The notes below the pieces were generated by a model. That model did no database searches. It had not been told where the DNA came from and was given only the letters and a program-made list of their open reading frames with translations. The position numbers and the translations under genes are program-made. From NCBI RefSeq assembly GCF_006345805.1, contig NC_043020.1, positions 14,570,001 to 14,634,000 of the forward strand: a DNA stretch of 64,000 bases. Reading direction: 5' to 3'. This DNA comes from Octopus sinensis. Taxonomy: Eukaryota. Below are positions 25,666-38,815 of this stretch, piece after piece. The first letter of the stretch is position 1. Every line of letters starts with the position of its first letter.

Positions 25666-26105
25666 CTGAAATTTGGTGTGAGTGAGCTAGTTGAATACAT
25701 CGACCCCAGTACCCAACTTGTACTTATTTTATCGACCCTGAAAGGATGAAAGGCAAAGTCGACCTCAGTAGAATTTGAACTCAAGTGGTAGCGATGGGTG
25801 AATACTGCTAAGGATTTAGCCTGGCATGCTAATGATTCTGCTAGCTCGCCACCTTGGGAAAATAACATTAACAAGAAAAGCACTGAGAGAGTGCAAACCT
25901 TCACCAAGGTAACACCAACATCCTCTAAATGATTAGCTAGAGATGATTTTTAAAATGAGAATATCTGAAGCAGATCCCATGATCAAAAGCACTCCAGCTA
26001 GGACCATACTGGTTTATAAAATTTTTTTTTTCAGGCATGCTATTCTTTGGACTAAATTATCCAACGTGTCTTTGGATATGGTTTGAGTGAGAGTTAGCTG
26101 CTATT

Positions 26106-26258
26106 TGGCTCATCTTAGCTAAGGTAAATTATCTGATAATCCATGGCTCATCTTAGCTAAGGTAAATTATCTGATAATCCATGGCTCATCTTAGCTAAGG
26201 TAAATTATCTGGTAATCCATGACTCATCTTAACAAAGGTAAATTATCTGGTAATCCAT
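26106..26258. repeat. Tandem repeat, 4 x 38 bp
   Basis: Unit tggctcatcttagctaaggtaaattatctgataatcca. Confidence 0.9.
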
Positions 26259-26518
26259 TTGTTTTATTGTCAAATTGGGTCATAGAAGGAAAGTGCATTT
26301 CAAGTTCATGGATATAACAACATGATACACATAGCACCACAAAATGGTAATTTGCTTCTGTCATTGATTTGTTCAACATCAACATCAACCCTTGCCAGCA
26401 TGGAAAATGGATGTTGAAGATGATTTTTAAAGTATGAACATTAAACTGATGTATTTAAATCAAGTGAAACAGTTATTGTTAAAATTTTTTTAAAAAGATC
26501 CTATTTCTTTTATTGCAG

Positions 26519-26581
26519 GATGCACCTGTTTCTGCTGCCGAAACAACTCCACAACCGGTTTCCAATAAGAAGGACGATTGA
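26519..26581 (+). CDS. C18orf32: UPF0729/C18orf32 homolog, coding exon 2 (DAPVSAAETTPQPVSNKKDD*)
   Basis: Acceptor tttcttttattgcag|GAT in phase 0. Gives a 77-aa protein ending KKDD, similar to the family's KKD terminus. AATAAA at 26720 and 26731. Confidence 0.85.
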   Translation, partial: DAPVSAAETTPQPVSNKKDD

Positions 26582-27104
26582 CCTCAAAATTCATGAAACT
26601 CATTTTGTTTCCATCTGACTTTTCTGAATTTTGGTAAATCATTTGCTAAAGGGATGAAGTGATTTATTAGTTTATTCAATAAGATTTTGTTGAAAATGAC
26701 TAACATTTTATTTTTTAGAAATAAATTTTCAATAAAAAAAAATTATTATTAATTTTAATATGTCAGTCTTTTTTTACTGTAAAACTGAACACTCAGTTGT
26801 TTAGTTTTGTTTATGAGAAATGGTTATGTTGATAAATAGTTGACGTTGTATATTTTAGTTGCAGTAAGCTGTTTAAAAAAAATACTATGAACCTGTGGAA
26901 GAATTAGGCCCAGGAAGATGTGGGATCAGGTAGTGAAATATGATCTTTGGATGTGAGTTTCACACAGGCAACAACAAGTGACTGTGACTTTTGGAAATTT
27001 GTTGTGCTTGAGAAGGCATGACAAGCTAAGTGAAATCACAATGGCCAGTACTGGCAACATATGAAAGGCACCCATGCCGGCAACATGTAAAAGGCACACA
27101 TGCT

Positions 27105-27697
27105 GATGACATGTGAAAGGCAACTGTGCTGGTGACATGTGAAAGGCAACTGTGCTGGTGACATGTGAAAGGCAACTGTGCTGGTGACATGTGAAAGACA
27201 TCTGTGCTAGTGACATGTGAAAGGCAACTGTGCTGGTGACATGTGAAAGACATCTGTGCTGGTGACATGTGAAAGGCACCTGTGCTGGTGACATGTGAAA
27301 GGCATCTGTGCTAGTGACATGTGAAAGACATCTGTGCTGGTGACATGTGAAAGGCAACTGTGCTGGTGACATGTGAAAGACATCTGTGCTGGTGACATGT
27401 GAAAGGCACCTGTGCTGGTGACATGTGAAAGGCACCTGTGCTGGTGACATGTGAAAGGCATCTGTGCTGGTGACATGTGAAAGGCACCTGTGCTGGTGAC
27501 ATGTGAAAGGCATCTGTGCTAGTGACATGTGAAAGACATCTGTGCTGGTGACATGTGAAAGGCACCTGTGCTAGTGACATGTGAAAGGCAACTGTGCTGG
27601 TGACATGTGAAAGGCACCTGTGCTAGTGACATGTGAAAGGCAACTGTGCTGGTGACATGTGAAAGGCACCTGTGCTGGTGACATGTGAAAGGCACCC
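27105..27697. repeat. Minisatellite, about 22 x 26 bp, inside a (GAT)n-tailed element
   Basis: Unit gtgacatgtgaaaggcacctgtgctg, followed by the element's 3' part (27695-27855). Confidence 0.95.
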
Positions 27698-30517
27698 ACT
27701 ATACTCTGGAAATGGTTGGCATTAGGAAGGCATCCAGCTGTAGAAACCAAGCCAAAACAGACGAGCCTGGTGCAGCTCTCTGACTTACCAATTCAAGTAA
27801 AACCAGCTAACCCATGCCAGCATGGCAAACGGATGCTAAATGATCATGATGATGAAGTTGAGCATATTGATCAGAGACTGGAGAAAGGAGTTGACTGAAC
27901 GAGCTTAGGACATTTTAAACTGCTACCTCCAAATGAAGTGAAAAATAGAAGTTGTTATTGTGTGGGAAAATCCAACACACATTTCATGAATGCTGGAGGA
28001 AATGAATTGGTAGGATGTGTGAAGTACAATAGGCCTGATGTGTAGTATGGCAGTGAGAGTACATTCCATCTAGTTTCTTTGTTCTGGTACATCATCGTCA
28101 TCGTTTAACGTCCGTTTTCCATGCTAGCACGGGTTGGACGGTTCGACCAGGGTCTGGGAAGCCAGGCGGCTGCGCCAGGCTCCAGTCTGATCTGGCAGTG
28201 TTTCTACAGCTGGATTCCCTTCCTAACACCAACCACTCCGTGAGTGTAGTGGGTGCTTTTTACGTGCCACCGGTACAGGTGCTGGGGGAGTCTGGCAGCG
28301 GCCACGATCGGTTGGTGCTTTTTACGTGCCACCGGCACAGAAGCCAGTCCAGAGAGATAAATGGATCTCTGTCTATTCCACAGGATACCTTAATGTAATT
28401 CTTGGGCAGAATCAGCATGACAAACACTGGAGCTTTGAATTCCAGGTAGGGTAGAAACCACTCAACAGGATTCCTCACAGTTTCTACAGTTGTTGAATGA
28501 CCAAATAATTAAGAGGGCTCACTTTGCAATCACAAGGTACTGGATTTATCCCCACTGCATGGCATGTGGGGTGGGGAAGGATTTTTTTGCTTCCATAATT
28601 TCACATCCAAACCTTACAAATAGGAGTGAGTCAATGGAAACCATTCAGTTCATCAGATGGATTGTTCCTGGAATTTAAAGATAAACCTCACACTGTGTCA
28701 AGCTAATTGTCTCAGAATCCCCTCAAGGGTTCATGCTTAATCAAAGAGCAGGAAGTTTAGTTGATTCAATCATTGAATGTTCATCATCAAAATCAACAGA
28801 TCTGTTTACTAAAGAGAATGGACATTAAACAATGATGATTATGTAATGATTCTGTGGGAACCTTAGACATAACACCCACCATCTACCATGTCATAATCCT
28901 GCTCTGTAAATACTAAGTAGTTGGATATAATCTTAAGTAAAATCAATCGTTATTAGTAGAAAATCTTGTACCTCAACCAGAGAAACAGCTCTTTATCTTT
29001 TCTTTATTGAGGTTAGAAACTCAAGGGGGGACAAACACAAACACATATATATACGACGGGCTTCTTTCAGTTTCCGTCTACCAAATCCACTCACAAGGCT
29101 TTGGTTGGCCCGAGGCTATAGTAGAAGACACTTGCCCAAGGTGCCATGCAGTGGAACTGAGCCCGGAACCATGTGGTTGGTAAGCAAGCTACTTACCACA
29201 CAGCCACTCCTATGCCTACATATGGACGTAAAATAAATGAAACCGGAAGACTACCATATTGACTATGTGGAAAATTGATGTGATGAGAGGAGTATTAAAA
29301 AATTCTGAAATTGTTGTTAAATTGAGTTTTGAGAAGGAAACTGATGAAAAAGACTTGGTGACACTAGAGATGAGACTGTACTGCAATTGCACTAAATTGT
29401 TCAGAATGAGTGACTCCTGATGTGGTTTACTGACAAAATGATTAGTTTGATGGGCAAATACCTTTGTGGTAGCAGTTCCAATTCTTTGATTTTGAGTCCA
29501 GATCCTGCCACGGTCCACTTCACCATTACATTCTTCTGAGACCAATAAAGTACCTGTCATGTACTGGGGGTTGATGTTCCTCTCGTTCTTGCTCTTAGAA
29601 GCAGCTGTGCTGTTAGAAAGATCACTCTGCACCTCTTTCTTTCAAGCGAGCCACTTTCATTCTACATCACGGTAATACAGCTATGATAGTTTGGTACATG
29701 AAGCCGAGATGGCCAGCTAGATCTGGCCTTTCACACCTACCTTACAATATTATTCTAAAAATAACAAATCACATCACTAAAATATTGAGGCTATGAGTTA
29801 CTCTTTTACTTGTTTCAGTCATTTGACTGTGGCCATGCTGTAGCACCACCTTTAGTCGAGCAAATCAACCCCAGAACTTATTCTTTGGAAGCCTAGTACT
29901 TATTCTATCGGTCTCTTTTGCCGAACCGCTAAGTTACGGGGACGTAAACACACCAGCATCGGTTGTCAAACGATGTTGGGGGCACAAACACAGACACACA
30001 CATAAATATATATATATATACATATATACAACGGGCTTCTTTCAGTTTCTGTCTACCAAATCCACTCACAAGGCTTTGGTCGACCCGAGGCTATAGTAGA
30101 AGACACTTGCCCAAGGTGTCACGTCGTGGGACTGAACCCTGAACCATGTGGTCGGTAAGCAAGCTACTTACCACACAGCCACCTCTATGCATAATTAATT
30201 CAAACCAATGTGAATAAATAAGCATTAGATTTGACAGAGTAAACTGGATACAACAGGATTAAAAGTACTTTTGATAGATTGCTCACAAAATACTAAACAT
30301 AGAGAGTGAGATAAATTATAAGACAAGAACAATCACAACTAATATATTGTATGTTATGGTGAAGAGAGGGAGAGAGAGCAAGGAAATGTTAATAAATTTA
30401 TGTAAAGTACCAGAAAGTATAGTTTGTAGAAGAATGTTAAAAATATGAGAACTCTTTGATGAACAATTAGAACATTTAAATTAATGTTAAGAAGTTGTTA
30501 CAGAAGTAAAGAGTAAA

Positions 30518-30810
30518 GGCACATGGCCTAGTGGTTAGAGCAGCGGACTCACGGTCAAGGGATCGCAGGTTTGAATCTCAGACTGAGCAATGTGTGTGTT
30601 TATGATTGAAACACCTAAGCTCCATGCGGCTCCAGCAGAAGGTAGTAGCAAACTTCTGCTGACTCTTTTGCCACAACTTTCTCTCATTCTTTCCTCCTGC
30701 ATCTTGCAGCTCACCTGCGATGGACCGGTGTCCCGTCCAGGTGGGGAACCTATATGCCAAGGAAACCGGCCCTAATGAGCCAGGTGTAGCTCGAGAAGGA
30801 ACAAACAAAA
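30518..30810 (+). mobile_element. Third tRNA-derived SINE family (second copy at 57009-57312)
   Basis: tRNA-like head tggcctagtggttagagcagcggactc...ggttcgaatctc; two highly similar copies with (aaca)n tails. Confidence 0.8.
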
Positions 30811-32110
30811 CACGAGTATAGAACGCAGGAATGGCTGTGTGTTAAGAAGCTTGCTTCCCAATCACATGGTTCTGGGTTCAGTCCCACTGCGTGGCACCTT
30901 AAACAAGTGTCTTCTACTACAGCCTCAGGCCATCCAAAGCCTTGTGAGTGGATTTGATAGATGGAAATTGAAAGAAGCAACATCATCATCATTATATGGA
31001 TGTGTGTGTTTGTCCCTTACCATCGCTTGACTACCAGTGTTGGTGTGTTTATGTCCTTGTAACTTAGCAGTTCAGCAAAGGAGACCAATAGAATAAGTAC
31101 TGGGGCTGATTCATTTGACTAAAAGTTTTTAAGGTGATGCCCTAGCATGGCCATAGTCTGATGATTGAAACAAGTAAAAGATAAGAGAAGTAGCAACTTA
31201 AAACTAAGTAAGGTTTAGTCCTCATAATCTGATTGCATTTCTCTCATTATTCATTATGTTAATTGACAGACATGACAAAAATAAAAAGAACCTAATTAGC
31301 CTGTCTATCTTGATACCATTTGGTAGGTCAATGTAGTAAAACTAAACAGACATTTAAGTCACCATTATGCCTTTTCTGGGTGTAAATCTGAAATAATTTT
31401 TACTTCAGTTGCTTGGCAAACAGCAGAGCACATATATTGAGCCAAAAGTTGAAAACTGCACTGGATTTGAATGAAAATTGGAAATTATAGCTGAGATACC
31501 AGTGCCAGTGGCACGTAAGAGAACCGTCTGAACGTGGCCATTGCCAGCTCCGCCCCGACTGGCTCCGTGCCGGTGGCACGTAAAAAGCACCATCCGATTG
31601 TGGGCGTTGCCAGCCTCAACTGGCACCTGTGCCAGTGGCACGTAAAAAGCATCACCCGATCGTGGCTGTTTGCCAGCCTCATCTGGCACCTGTGCAGGTG
31701 GCACATAAAAAGCACCCACTACACTCTCGGAGTGGTTGGCGTTAGGAAGGGCATCCAGCCATAGAAACACTGCCAGATCAGACTGGGCCTGGCTTCCCAG
31801 ACCCCAGTTGAACCATCCAACCCATGCTAGCATGGAAAGCGGATGCTAAACGAAGATGATGATGATACTTGACATAACATAAAGCCTGGTTGTGTTGGAT
31901 CTAAAACTTAGAAACATCTCTGTTCTATTTCAGTCTGGATAGGCAGAACTGCGAGCTGATTTCAGGTGTATTCACACTAGCGATCCCCAAACATTTTCAG
32001 TACACACTTGACACTCAGACCACATTCCTAGTACCCACCCACCATTCACCATCACAAACATAGACCATTTTCAGTGGCAAATTCAAAATGACTATATTTC
32101 ATTAATAAGA

Positions 32111-32342
32111 AGGCGGTGAGCTGGCAGAAACGTTAGCACGCTGGGCGAAATGCTTAGCGGTATTTCGTCTGTCGTTACGTTCTGAGTTCAAATTCCGCCA
32201 AGGTTAACTCTGCCTTTCATCCTTTCGGGATCGATAAATAAAGTACCAGTTTCGCACTGGGGTCGATGTAATCAACTTAATCCGTTTGTCTGTCCTTGTT
32301 TGTCCCCTCTATGTTTAGCCCCTTGTGGGTAGTAAAGAAATA
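32111..32342 (+). mobile_element. Second tRNA-derived SINE family (representative monomer). Other copies: about 6110-6490(-), 12790-13430(-), 18613-18806(-), 22763-22998(-), 25670-25855(-), 51222-51450, 57490-57970(-), 62888-63170
   Basis: Head ggcggtgagctggcagaa, B-box gagttcaaattcc, central gcctttcatcctttcggggtcgataaa...gtacc domain (resembles the Meta/Sauria-type SINE central domain; not verified). Confidence 0.85.
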
Positions 32343-32643
32343 TATATTTCATTAATAAACTTCATCTATTATTTTGTTGTTTTTACATCTATTGTCCCCA
32401 CTTTTGGCCAATCCACTTGTGGTGGTAGTGATAGTAATAGAAGTGTAGTAGTAGACAAATACAACCAAAAGCCTACAGGACACGAGCAAAATTAATAAAT
32501 AAATATTACCTGATTTAAGATATGAAGCTGGAACTCAAGCAATGGCTAAAGTAGTAGTTCTTATATGAATGGAGAGAATGATAAAATGATGTTGACACTG
32601 GTTCACTATGTGCATGTGTGTATTATGATATATACATATATAT

Positions 32644-32870
32644 AACTTAATACACAACTGAAAGAGCTACTAATAATAGTTCCACGCTTTTATGATACAT
32701 CATCAGAATCGGTTGAAAGCCATGGTCAGGGCGAGGGTACAACCTGACAGACGACTTGCCTTTTATATAGATATATATATATCTTTTATGATTTATATAA
32801 TATGCTATGTAGCTTGAAGTATCATAAAAACGTGAAACTATTGGTAGCTCTTTCAATTGTGTATTAAGTT
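32644..32870. mobile_element. MITE-like element with about 55-bp imperfect inverted arms
   Basis: aacttaatacacaactgaaagagctac...ttttatgatac / gtatcataaaa...gtagctctttcaattgtgtattaagtt. Confidence 0.65.
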
Positions 32871-32921
32871 GATATTTATCTCTCACTGGATGAAATACTT
32901 TTATTTATTGATTGCAGCTAT

Positions 32922-33240
32922 ATTACTACTTGTACTTGTGACATTCACCCTGGGCGGGTTGAGTCAGCTTCTTCTACCACCCTCGAGGCATCTCGAACCA
33001 TGGCAGTCCTGCGCCAGTCACGGTTCCATCAGTGCAGGCCGACCACCTGTGGTCCTGTGAGCACGGAGAGGTCCTCCTTGATCGTCGTAACCCAAGTCTT
33101 CAGCTGCCCGCCCGTGCGTTTCCGCCAGTTGGGAAGTGGAGTTGGGAGGAGGACATCACGGCTCAGTTCACCCACCGGACGCCAACATGCATGGTTATGA
33201 ATTCTCAATGGCGAATTCTCACTCGACAAGCTATATTGGA
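32922..33240 (-). mobile_element. RTE-type LINE 3' fragment
   Basis: WRKRTGGQLKTWVTTIKEDL on the minus strand, with a (caagta)n tail. Confidence 0.65.
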
Positions 33241-33436
33241 TCTATATATATATATATTCCAAGAAAGTTAGAGGTTGCGAATCCAACCAACTAAGGGATA
33301 ATATGTAAAGCATAATATGTTATACATGTATGTATATTCGTGTAATTGTCATTTTAGTAAATAAATAAATAAGTTGACATAATATAATGTCTAAAAGTTA
33401 ATGAACCACCTATTGATCCCCTCCATTTTCTTATTG

Positions 33437-33473
<37 letters not shown>

Positions 33474-35389
33474 TTATATTTTATATTTTAGATATTTCAA
33501 TTAACCTGAAGATTGACTGTAACCATAACTCGAATTATTACGAATTGTACAGCCATGAAACGATCGTAGTGTTTTACTCTTTATCTTTTATTAAACTTTT
33601 AATACTTTTGATATACATTTAAAATAATATAAATTAATAATTTTATGTATTGGCTTATGTTTTTCATTGTTTCATTTGCTTAATAGTGGTTTTATCTCTA
33701 ATTTAATATAATATATATATATATATACATAATTATAAAGAGAGAGAGAGGCCCATAGTCATGACCTGTATATCTTACTGTTATATATTGTCAGCATTTA
33801 ACATTTATGTTCCATTGTGGCATAGATTGAACTGTTATTGTCATTACCTAAGCAGAAAGGGCTCTTTGCTTCTGCTGCAACCCACGTCTCTAGTGCCGGT
33901 GACATGATAAAATACACCCAGACTACACAGGAATGTGGTTAGTCACAGGAGGAGCATTCAACTATAAAAACCATATCTCACAAAAGAAAGGTGGAAATGA
34001 AGGCACACTGCTGGTCAAATATCTTAGGAGAACAGTAACTCTGAATAGAAATTGAAAGTGGAGAGGATATTTTGTTCCTGTCACAGGCCTGTGGCCAGAC
34101 TTTGGTGCCTGGGGGTGGGCACTAATTTGTATTGTAGGAAGATTTTTGTAAACAGCATTTTCTCATTCCGAGAGTGCATAACTGAACAGTGAAGGGGCAG
34201 TGCCATCTAGTGCCCCACTCTCCTCCTTAGTGGTAGGCATGTCCTGGCAGTTCATCCATGCTGTAAAGTGATTAATGATATGAAGGACATCCAGTAATAA
34301 AAACCAAGGCGCAGGGGTGGCTGTGTGGTAAGTAGCTTGCTTAGCAGCCACATGGTTCCGGGTTCAGTCCCGCTGCGTTGGCATCTTGGGTAAGTGTCTT
34401 CTATCACAGCCCCGGGCCGACCAATGCCTCGTGAGTGGATTTGGTAGATGGAAACTGAAAGAAGCCTGTCGTATATATATGTATGTGCATGTATGTTTGT
34501 GTGTCTGTGTTTGTCCCCCTAGTATTGCTTGACAACCGATGCTGGTGTGTTTACGTCTCAGTCACTTAGCAGTTCGGCAAAAGAGACCGATAGAATAAGT
34601 ACTGGGCTTACAAAGAATAAGTCCAGGGGTCGATTTGCTTGACTAAAGGCGGTGCTCCAGCATGGCCTCAGTCAAATGACTGAAACAAGTGAAAGAGTAA
34701 AGATATACAACAACAAACAGTTGCCAGGAGGTGAGACTTGTCCGAACTGATGAAAAATGATGATGATGATAAAGCTAATAAAACAAATTATTTACAACAA
34801 AACAAAAACAATACAGTAAGTTTAATTGAGTTTCTTGAAGGATATCAAAAATACAAGTTTGACCTCTTTGAAGCCAGTTAGTTTCTGTAGGATGAGCAGA
34901 AAGTTCTCTATGGTGGACAAAGAACTAACATAGTTTCTGCAATCTTCCAGTGTATAGTTCTTAGAGTGACAGTCAACCAACTGAAGAACAAGACAATTAC
35001 ATGATATGTCTTCAGTTACCATTTTGAGATTTGGTGTTTTGATTTCAGAATCAACCCAGTTCCCAAAATGGTACAATTTCTGAATGGTGTTATTCATTTC
35101 GTAAAATGGGCAAGTTCTTAAAGTCAGATACCTACTAAAGAAACAGAATTCATGTTAACTCTTTTGTATTTAAACCGGCTGTATCCGGCCAAAATATTGT
35201 TTCTGTTTTATGTTCAAACTGGATAGATCCAACCTATCGCACCTGCCCAACAATGTCATTCTAAAAATACACAATTGTATCATTGTAATTCCAAATCTAT
35301 GAAATAATACAAGATTAATTCAGAGAAATGTGAATAAATAAGTCTTACATTTAACAGAATAATCTGAATGCTAAAGGGTTAATGAAATC

Positions 35390-35995
35390 CTAAGACCAGA
35401 ACCCATCCATAGAATCCTTGATGTCGAATTTCATGTCTTGCCTTTTCTTATTAATATAAAAGTTCTCTCCCGTCTTTCTGATATTGCTAGAAGCTTGTTT
35501 GGTTATTTTCTTATGAACCTCTCTTTTGATTTTCTCTTTCACAAATCTGGGGTCAAACGTGGAACTCGTTATGCTTGTAGCCCTCATGCTTCGACTCTCA
35601 GTTAGTTGCTCCTCTCTGTCGAACGGACAACTTGTTGCTTCTTCACATTTTTCATCTGGCTTAACGCCTTCCGACTGTACTTCTTCAGCTTCTTTGACAG
35701 AATTACTCAGAGTATTTTCTCCATCTTTTTCATCGGTAGATTCTGCAGTGTTAGGAGCTTGGTTTCCTTCAACAAAATCTGCTGCGCAATAATAAATATC
35801 ATCATCATCAACTTCTTGGATGGTATCGCAATCTTTTAGCCAAGCTTCGATAGATTTAGATTTGGAATTTGTCTGTTGTTTCTCTTTTGGACTATCCTTA
35901 CTCTGTTCTTTAACACTTTCACAATCAGATTCTTCTTCTTCTTCGTCTTCTTTAGTTTCATCAAAATCTTCCAAAACACCAATATCTTTCAAGGC
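35390..35995 (-). CDS. RIOK2: RIOK2 exon 10, terminal (acidic linker and basic C-terminal helix); full CDS 1551 nt, 516 aa
   Basis: Poly-T tract plus ctag acceptor in phase 0. Acidic region, then STFDPRFVKEKIKRE...DIKDSMDGFWS*, typical of the RIOK2 C-terminus. Confidence 0.88.
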   Translation of the reverse strand, partial: ALKDIGVLEDFDETKEDEEEEESDCESVKEQSKDSPKEKQQTNSKSKSIEAWLKDCDTIQEVDDDDIYYCAADFVEGNQAPNTAESTDEKDGENTLSNSVKEAEEVQSEGVKPDEKCEEATSCPFDREEQLTESRSMRATSITSSTFDPRFVKEKIKREVHKKITKQASSNIRKTGENFYINKKRQDMKFDIKDSMDGFWS

Positions 35996-36640
35996 CTAGA
36001 AAAAAAAAACATATATATTAAACTTTTTAATACTTTTTGATAGTTTATATATATTTAATTTTAAAAAAATATATATATATATATATATATTAATAAAATA
36101 TAAAAATTTATAAATATAAATTAATAATTTTAATTTTAAATTTAAATAATTTAAATTTTTATATTTTATATATTTTGTATATTATATTAATTATTTTTAT
36201 TTTTATGTTTATGTTTTTCACTGTTTGATTTGCCTAATAGTGGTTTTATCTCTAATTTAATTTATATATACATACATATATATATATATATATATATCAG
36301 GATCCTTTACACATGTGCTTGGCAAGAACATAATAAACCATGCAAAACTGAGGCAAGTTTAAGCTAAAATGATCCTCAAAAAATAATTAACCATTTCAGA
36401 AAGATAATAATTTGCCATGAGTCAGAAATTATTAAGAAAAAGAATTATTTTATGCAAAACATAAATAATGACAATGATGATGATACAACACAGACATTTA
36501 AATTAATTATATAAAACCTAAATCAAAATCGAAGTCGATCAAAACAATGGAAATTGCAGCTGTGATACCAGTGCCGGTGGTACGTAAGAGAACCATCTGA
36601 ACGTGGGCATTGCCAGCGCCGCCCCGACTGGCCTCATGCC

Positions 36641-38410
36641 AGTGGCACGTAAAATGCACCATCCGATTGTGGCCGTTTGCCAGCCTCGCCTGGCCCCTGT
36701 GCCAGTGGCATGTAAAATGCACCATCCGATTGTGGCTGTTTGCCAGCCTCGCCTGGCCCCTGTGCAGTGGCACGTAAAATGCACCATCCGATTGTGGCTG
36801 TTTGCCAGCCTCGCCTGGCCCCTGTGCCAGTGGCACGTAAAATGCACCATCCGATTGTGGCCGTTTGCCAGCCTCGCCTGGCCCCTGTGCCAGTGGCACG
36901 TAAAATGCACCATCCGATTGTGGCCGTTTGCCAGCCTCGCCTGCTGGCCCTGTGCCAGTGGCACGTAAAATGCACCATCCGATTGTGGCCGTTTGCCAGC
37001 CTCGCCTGGCCCCTGTGCCAGTGGCACGTAAAATGCACCATCCGATTGTGGCCGTTTGCCAGCCTCGCCTGGCCCCTGTGCCAGTGGCACGTAAAATGCA
37101 CCATCAGATTGTGGCCATTTGCCAGCCTCGCCTGGCCCCTGTGCCAGTGGCACGTAAAATGCACCATCCGATTGTGGCCGTTTGCCAGCCTCGCCTGGCC
37201 CCTGTGCCAGTGGCACGTAAAATGCACCATCCGATTGTGGCCGTTTGCCAGCCTCGCCTGGCCCCTGTGCCAGTGGCACGTAAAATGCACCAATCCGATT
37301 GTGGCCGTTTGCCAGCCTCGCCTGGCCCCTGTGCCAGTGGCACGTAAAATGCACCATCCGATTGTGGCCGTTTGCCAGCCTCGCCTGGCCCCTGTGCCAG
37401 TGGCACGTAAAATGCACCATCCGATTGTGCCGTTTGCCAGCCTCGCCTGGCCCCTGTGCCAGAGGGCACGTAAAATGCACCATCCGATTGTGGCCGTTTG
37501 CCAGCCGCCTGGCCCCTGTGCCAGTGGCACGTAAAATGCACCATCCGATTGTGGCCGTTTGCCAGCCTCGCCTGGCCCCTGTGCCAGTGGCACGTTAAAA
37601 TGCACCATCCGATTGTGGCTGTTGCCAGCCTCGCCTGGCCCCTGTGCCAGTGGCACGTAAAATGCACCATCCGATCGTGGCCGTTTGCCAGCCTCGCCTG
37701 GCCCCTGTGCCAGTGGCACGTAAAATGCACCATCCGATTGTGGCCGTTTGCCAGCCTCGCCTGGCCCCTGTGCCAGTGGCACGTAAAATGCACCATCCGA
37801 TTGTGGCCGTTTGCCAGCCTCACCTGGCCCCTGTGCCAGTGGCACGTAAAATGCACCATCCGATTGTGGCCGTTTGCCAGCCTCGCCTGGCCCCTGTGCC
37901 AGTGGCACGTAAAATGCACCATCGATTGTGGCCGTTTGCCAGCCTCGCCTGGCCCCTGTGCCAGTGGCACGTAAAATGCACCATCCGATTGTGGCCGTTT
38001 GCCAGCCTCGCCTGGCCCCTGTGCCAGTGGCACGTAAAATGCACCATCCGATTGTGGCTGTTTGCCAGCCTCGCCTGGCCCCTGTGCCAGTGGCACTAAA
38101 ATGCACCATCCGATCGTGGCCGTGCGTTTGCCAGCCTCGCCTGGCCCCTGTGCCAGTGGCACGTAAAATGCACCATCCGATTGTGGCCGTTTGCCAGCCT
38201 CGCCTGGCCCCTGTGCCAGTGGCACGTAAAATGCACCATCCGATCGTGGCCGTTTGCCAGCCTCGCCTGGCCCCTGTGCCAGTGGCACGTAAAATGCACC
38301 ATCCGATTGTGGCCGTTTGCCAGCCTCGCCTGGCCCCTGTGCCAGTGGCACGTAAAATGCACCATCCGATCGTGGCCGTTTGCCAGCCTCGTCTGGCACC
38401 TGTGCCGGTG
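36641..38410. repeat. Minisatellite, about 28 x 63 bp, in RIOK2 intron 9
   Basis: Unit gtggcacgtaaaatgcaccatccgattgtggccgtttgccagcctcgcctggcccctgtgcca, which is the internal unit of the (GAT)n-tailed element. Confidence 0.97.
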
Positions 38411-38443
38411 GCATGTAAAGAGCACCCACTACAATACTTAGCT

Positions 38444-38699
38444 CAGTGGTTCCCAGTGGGTGATGGAAAAATTCAGAGGGGACATTGAAGAAAAGTGGGG
38501 TGATAATGGGGTGGCTAAAAGGGAGCAATGGATGTAAAAGCAAACAAAATAATGGGTTAATTAATTTAAGTTTAATTTGTGAAATACATTTTTAAAAAAA
38601 TTGCTGCAGAAAATGGTCTATGTTTGTGGCGGTGAAGGGGGCGAGGCGACGTTAGGAATGTGGTCTTGGTGCCAGCCAGAAAAAGTTGGGGAACCACTG
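38444..38699. mobile_element. hAT-type MITE
   Basis: TIR cagtggttccc / gggaaccactg; degenerate 8-bp TSD acttagct / gcttagat. Confidence 0.7.
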
Positions 38700-38742
38700 G
38701 CTTAGATAGTTGTGGAAATGATGTGAAGATTGAAAATGTTAC

Positions 38743-38815
38743 CTCATCAAATGGCTCTGCAATGTCTTTAGTAAAACCACTGGCAGCAATTTCAACATCC
38801 ATTGAGTCAGTTCGG
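38743..38815 (-). CDS. RIOK2: RIOK2 exon 9 (RTDSMDVEIAASGFTKDIAEPFDE)
   Basis: Conserved DVEVxASG(F/Y)TK motif. ttgcag acceptor, gtaaca donor, 73 nt. Confidence 0.9.

Noticed and set aside
26926-27700. CRISPR-like or His/Cys-rich repeat-protein appearance
   Set aside because: Contiguous 26-bp units with no unique spacers, no cas genes and a eukaryotic context. It is a minisatellite within a retroelement.
30518-30590. tRNA gene-like sequence (also at 57009)
   Set aside because: It continues into a conserved non-tRNA body and tail, and the acceptor stem does not close. It is a SINE head.
36507-38543. Long overlapping ORFs (up to 491 aa) on both strands
   Set aside because: Translations of a 63-bp (21-codon) minisatellite inside RIOK2 intron 9, with no protein-like features.
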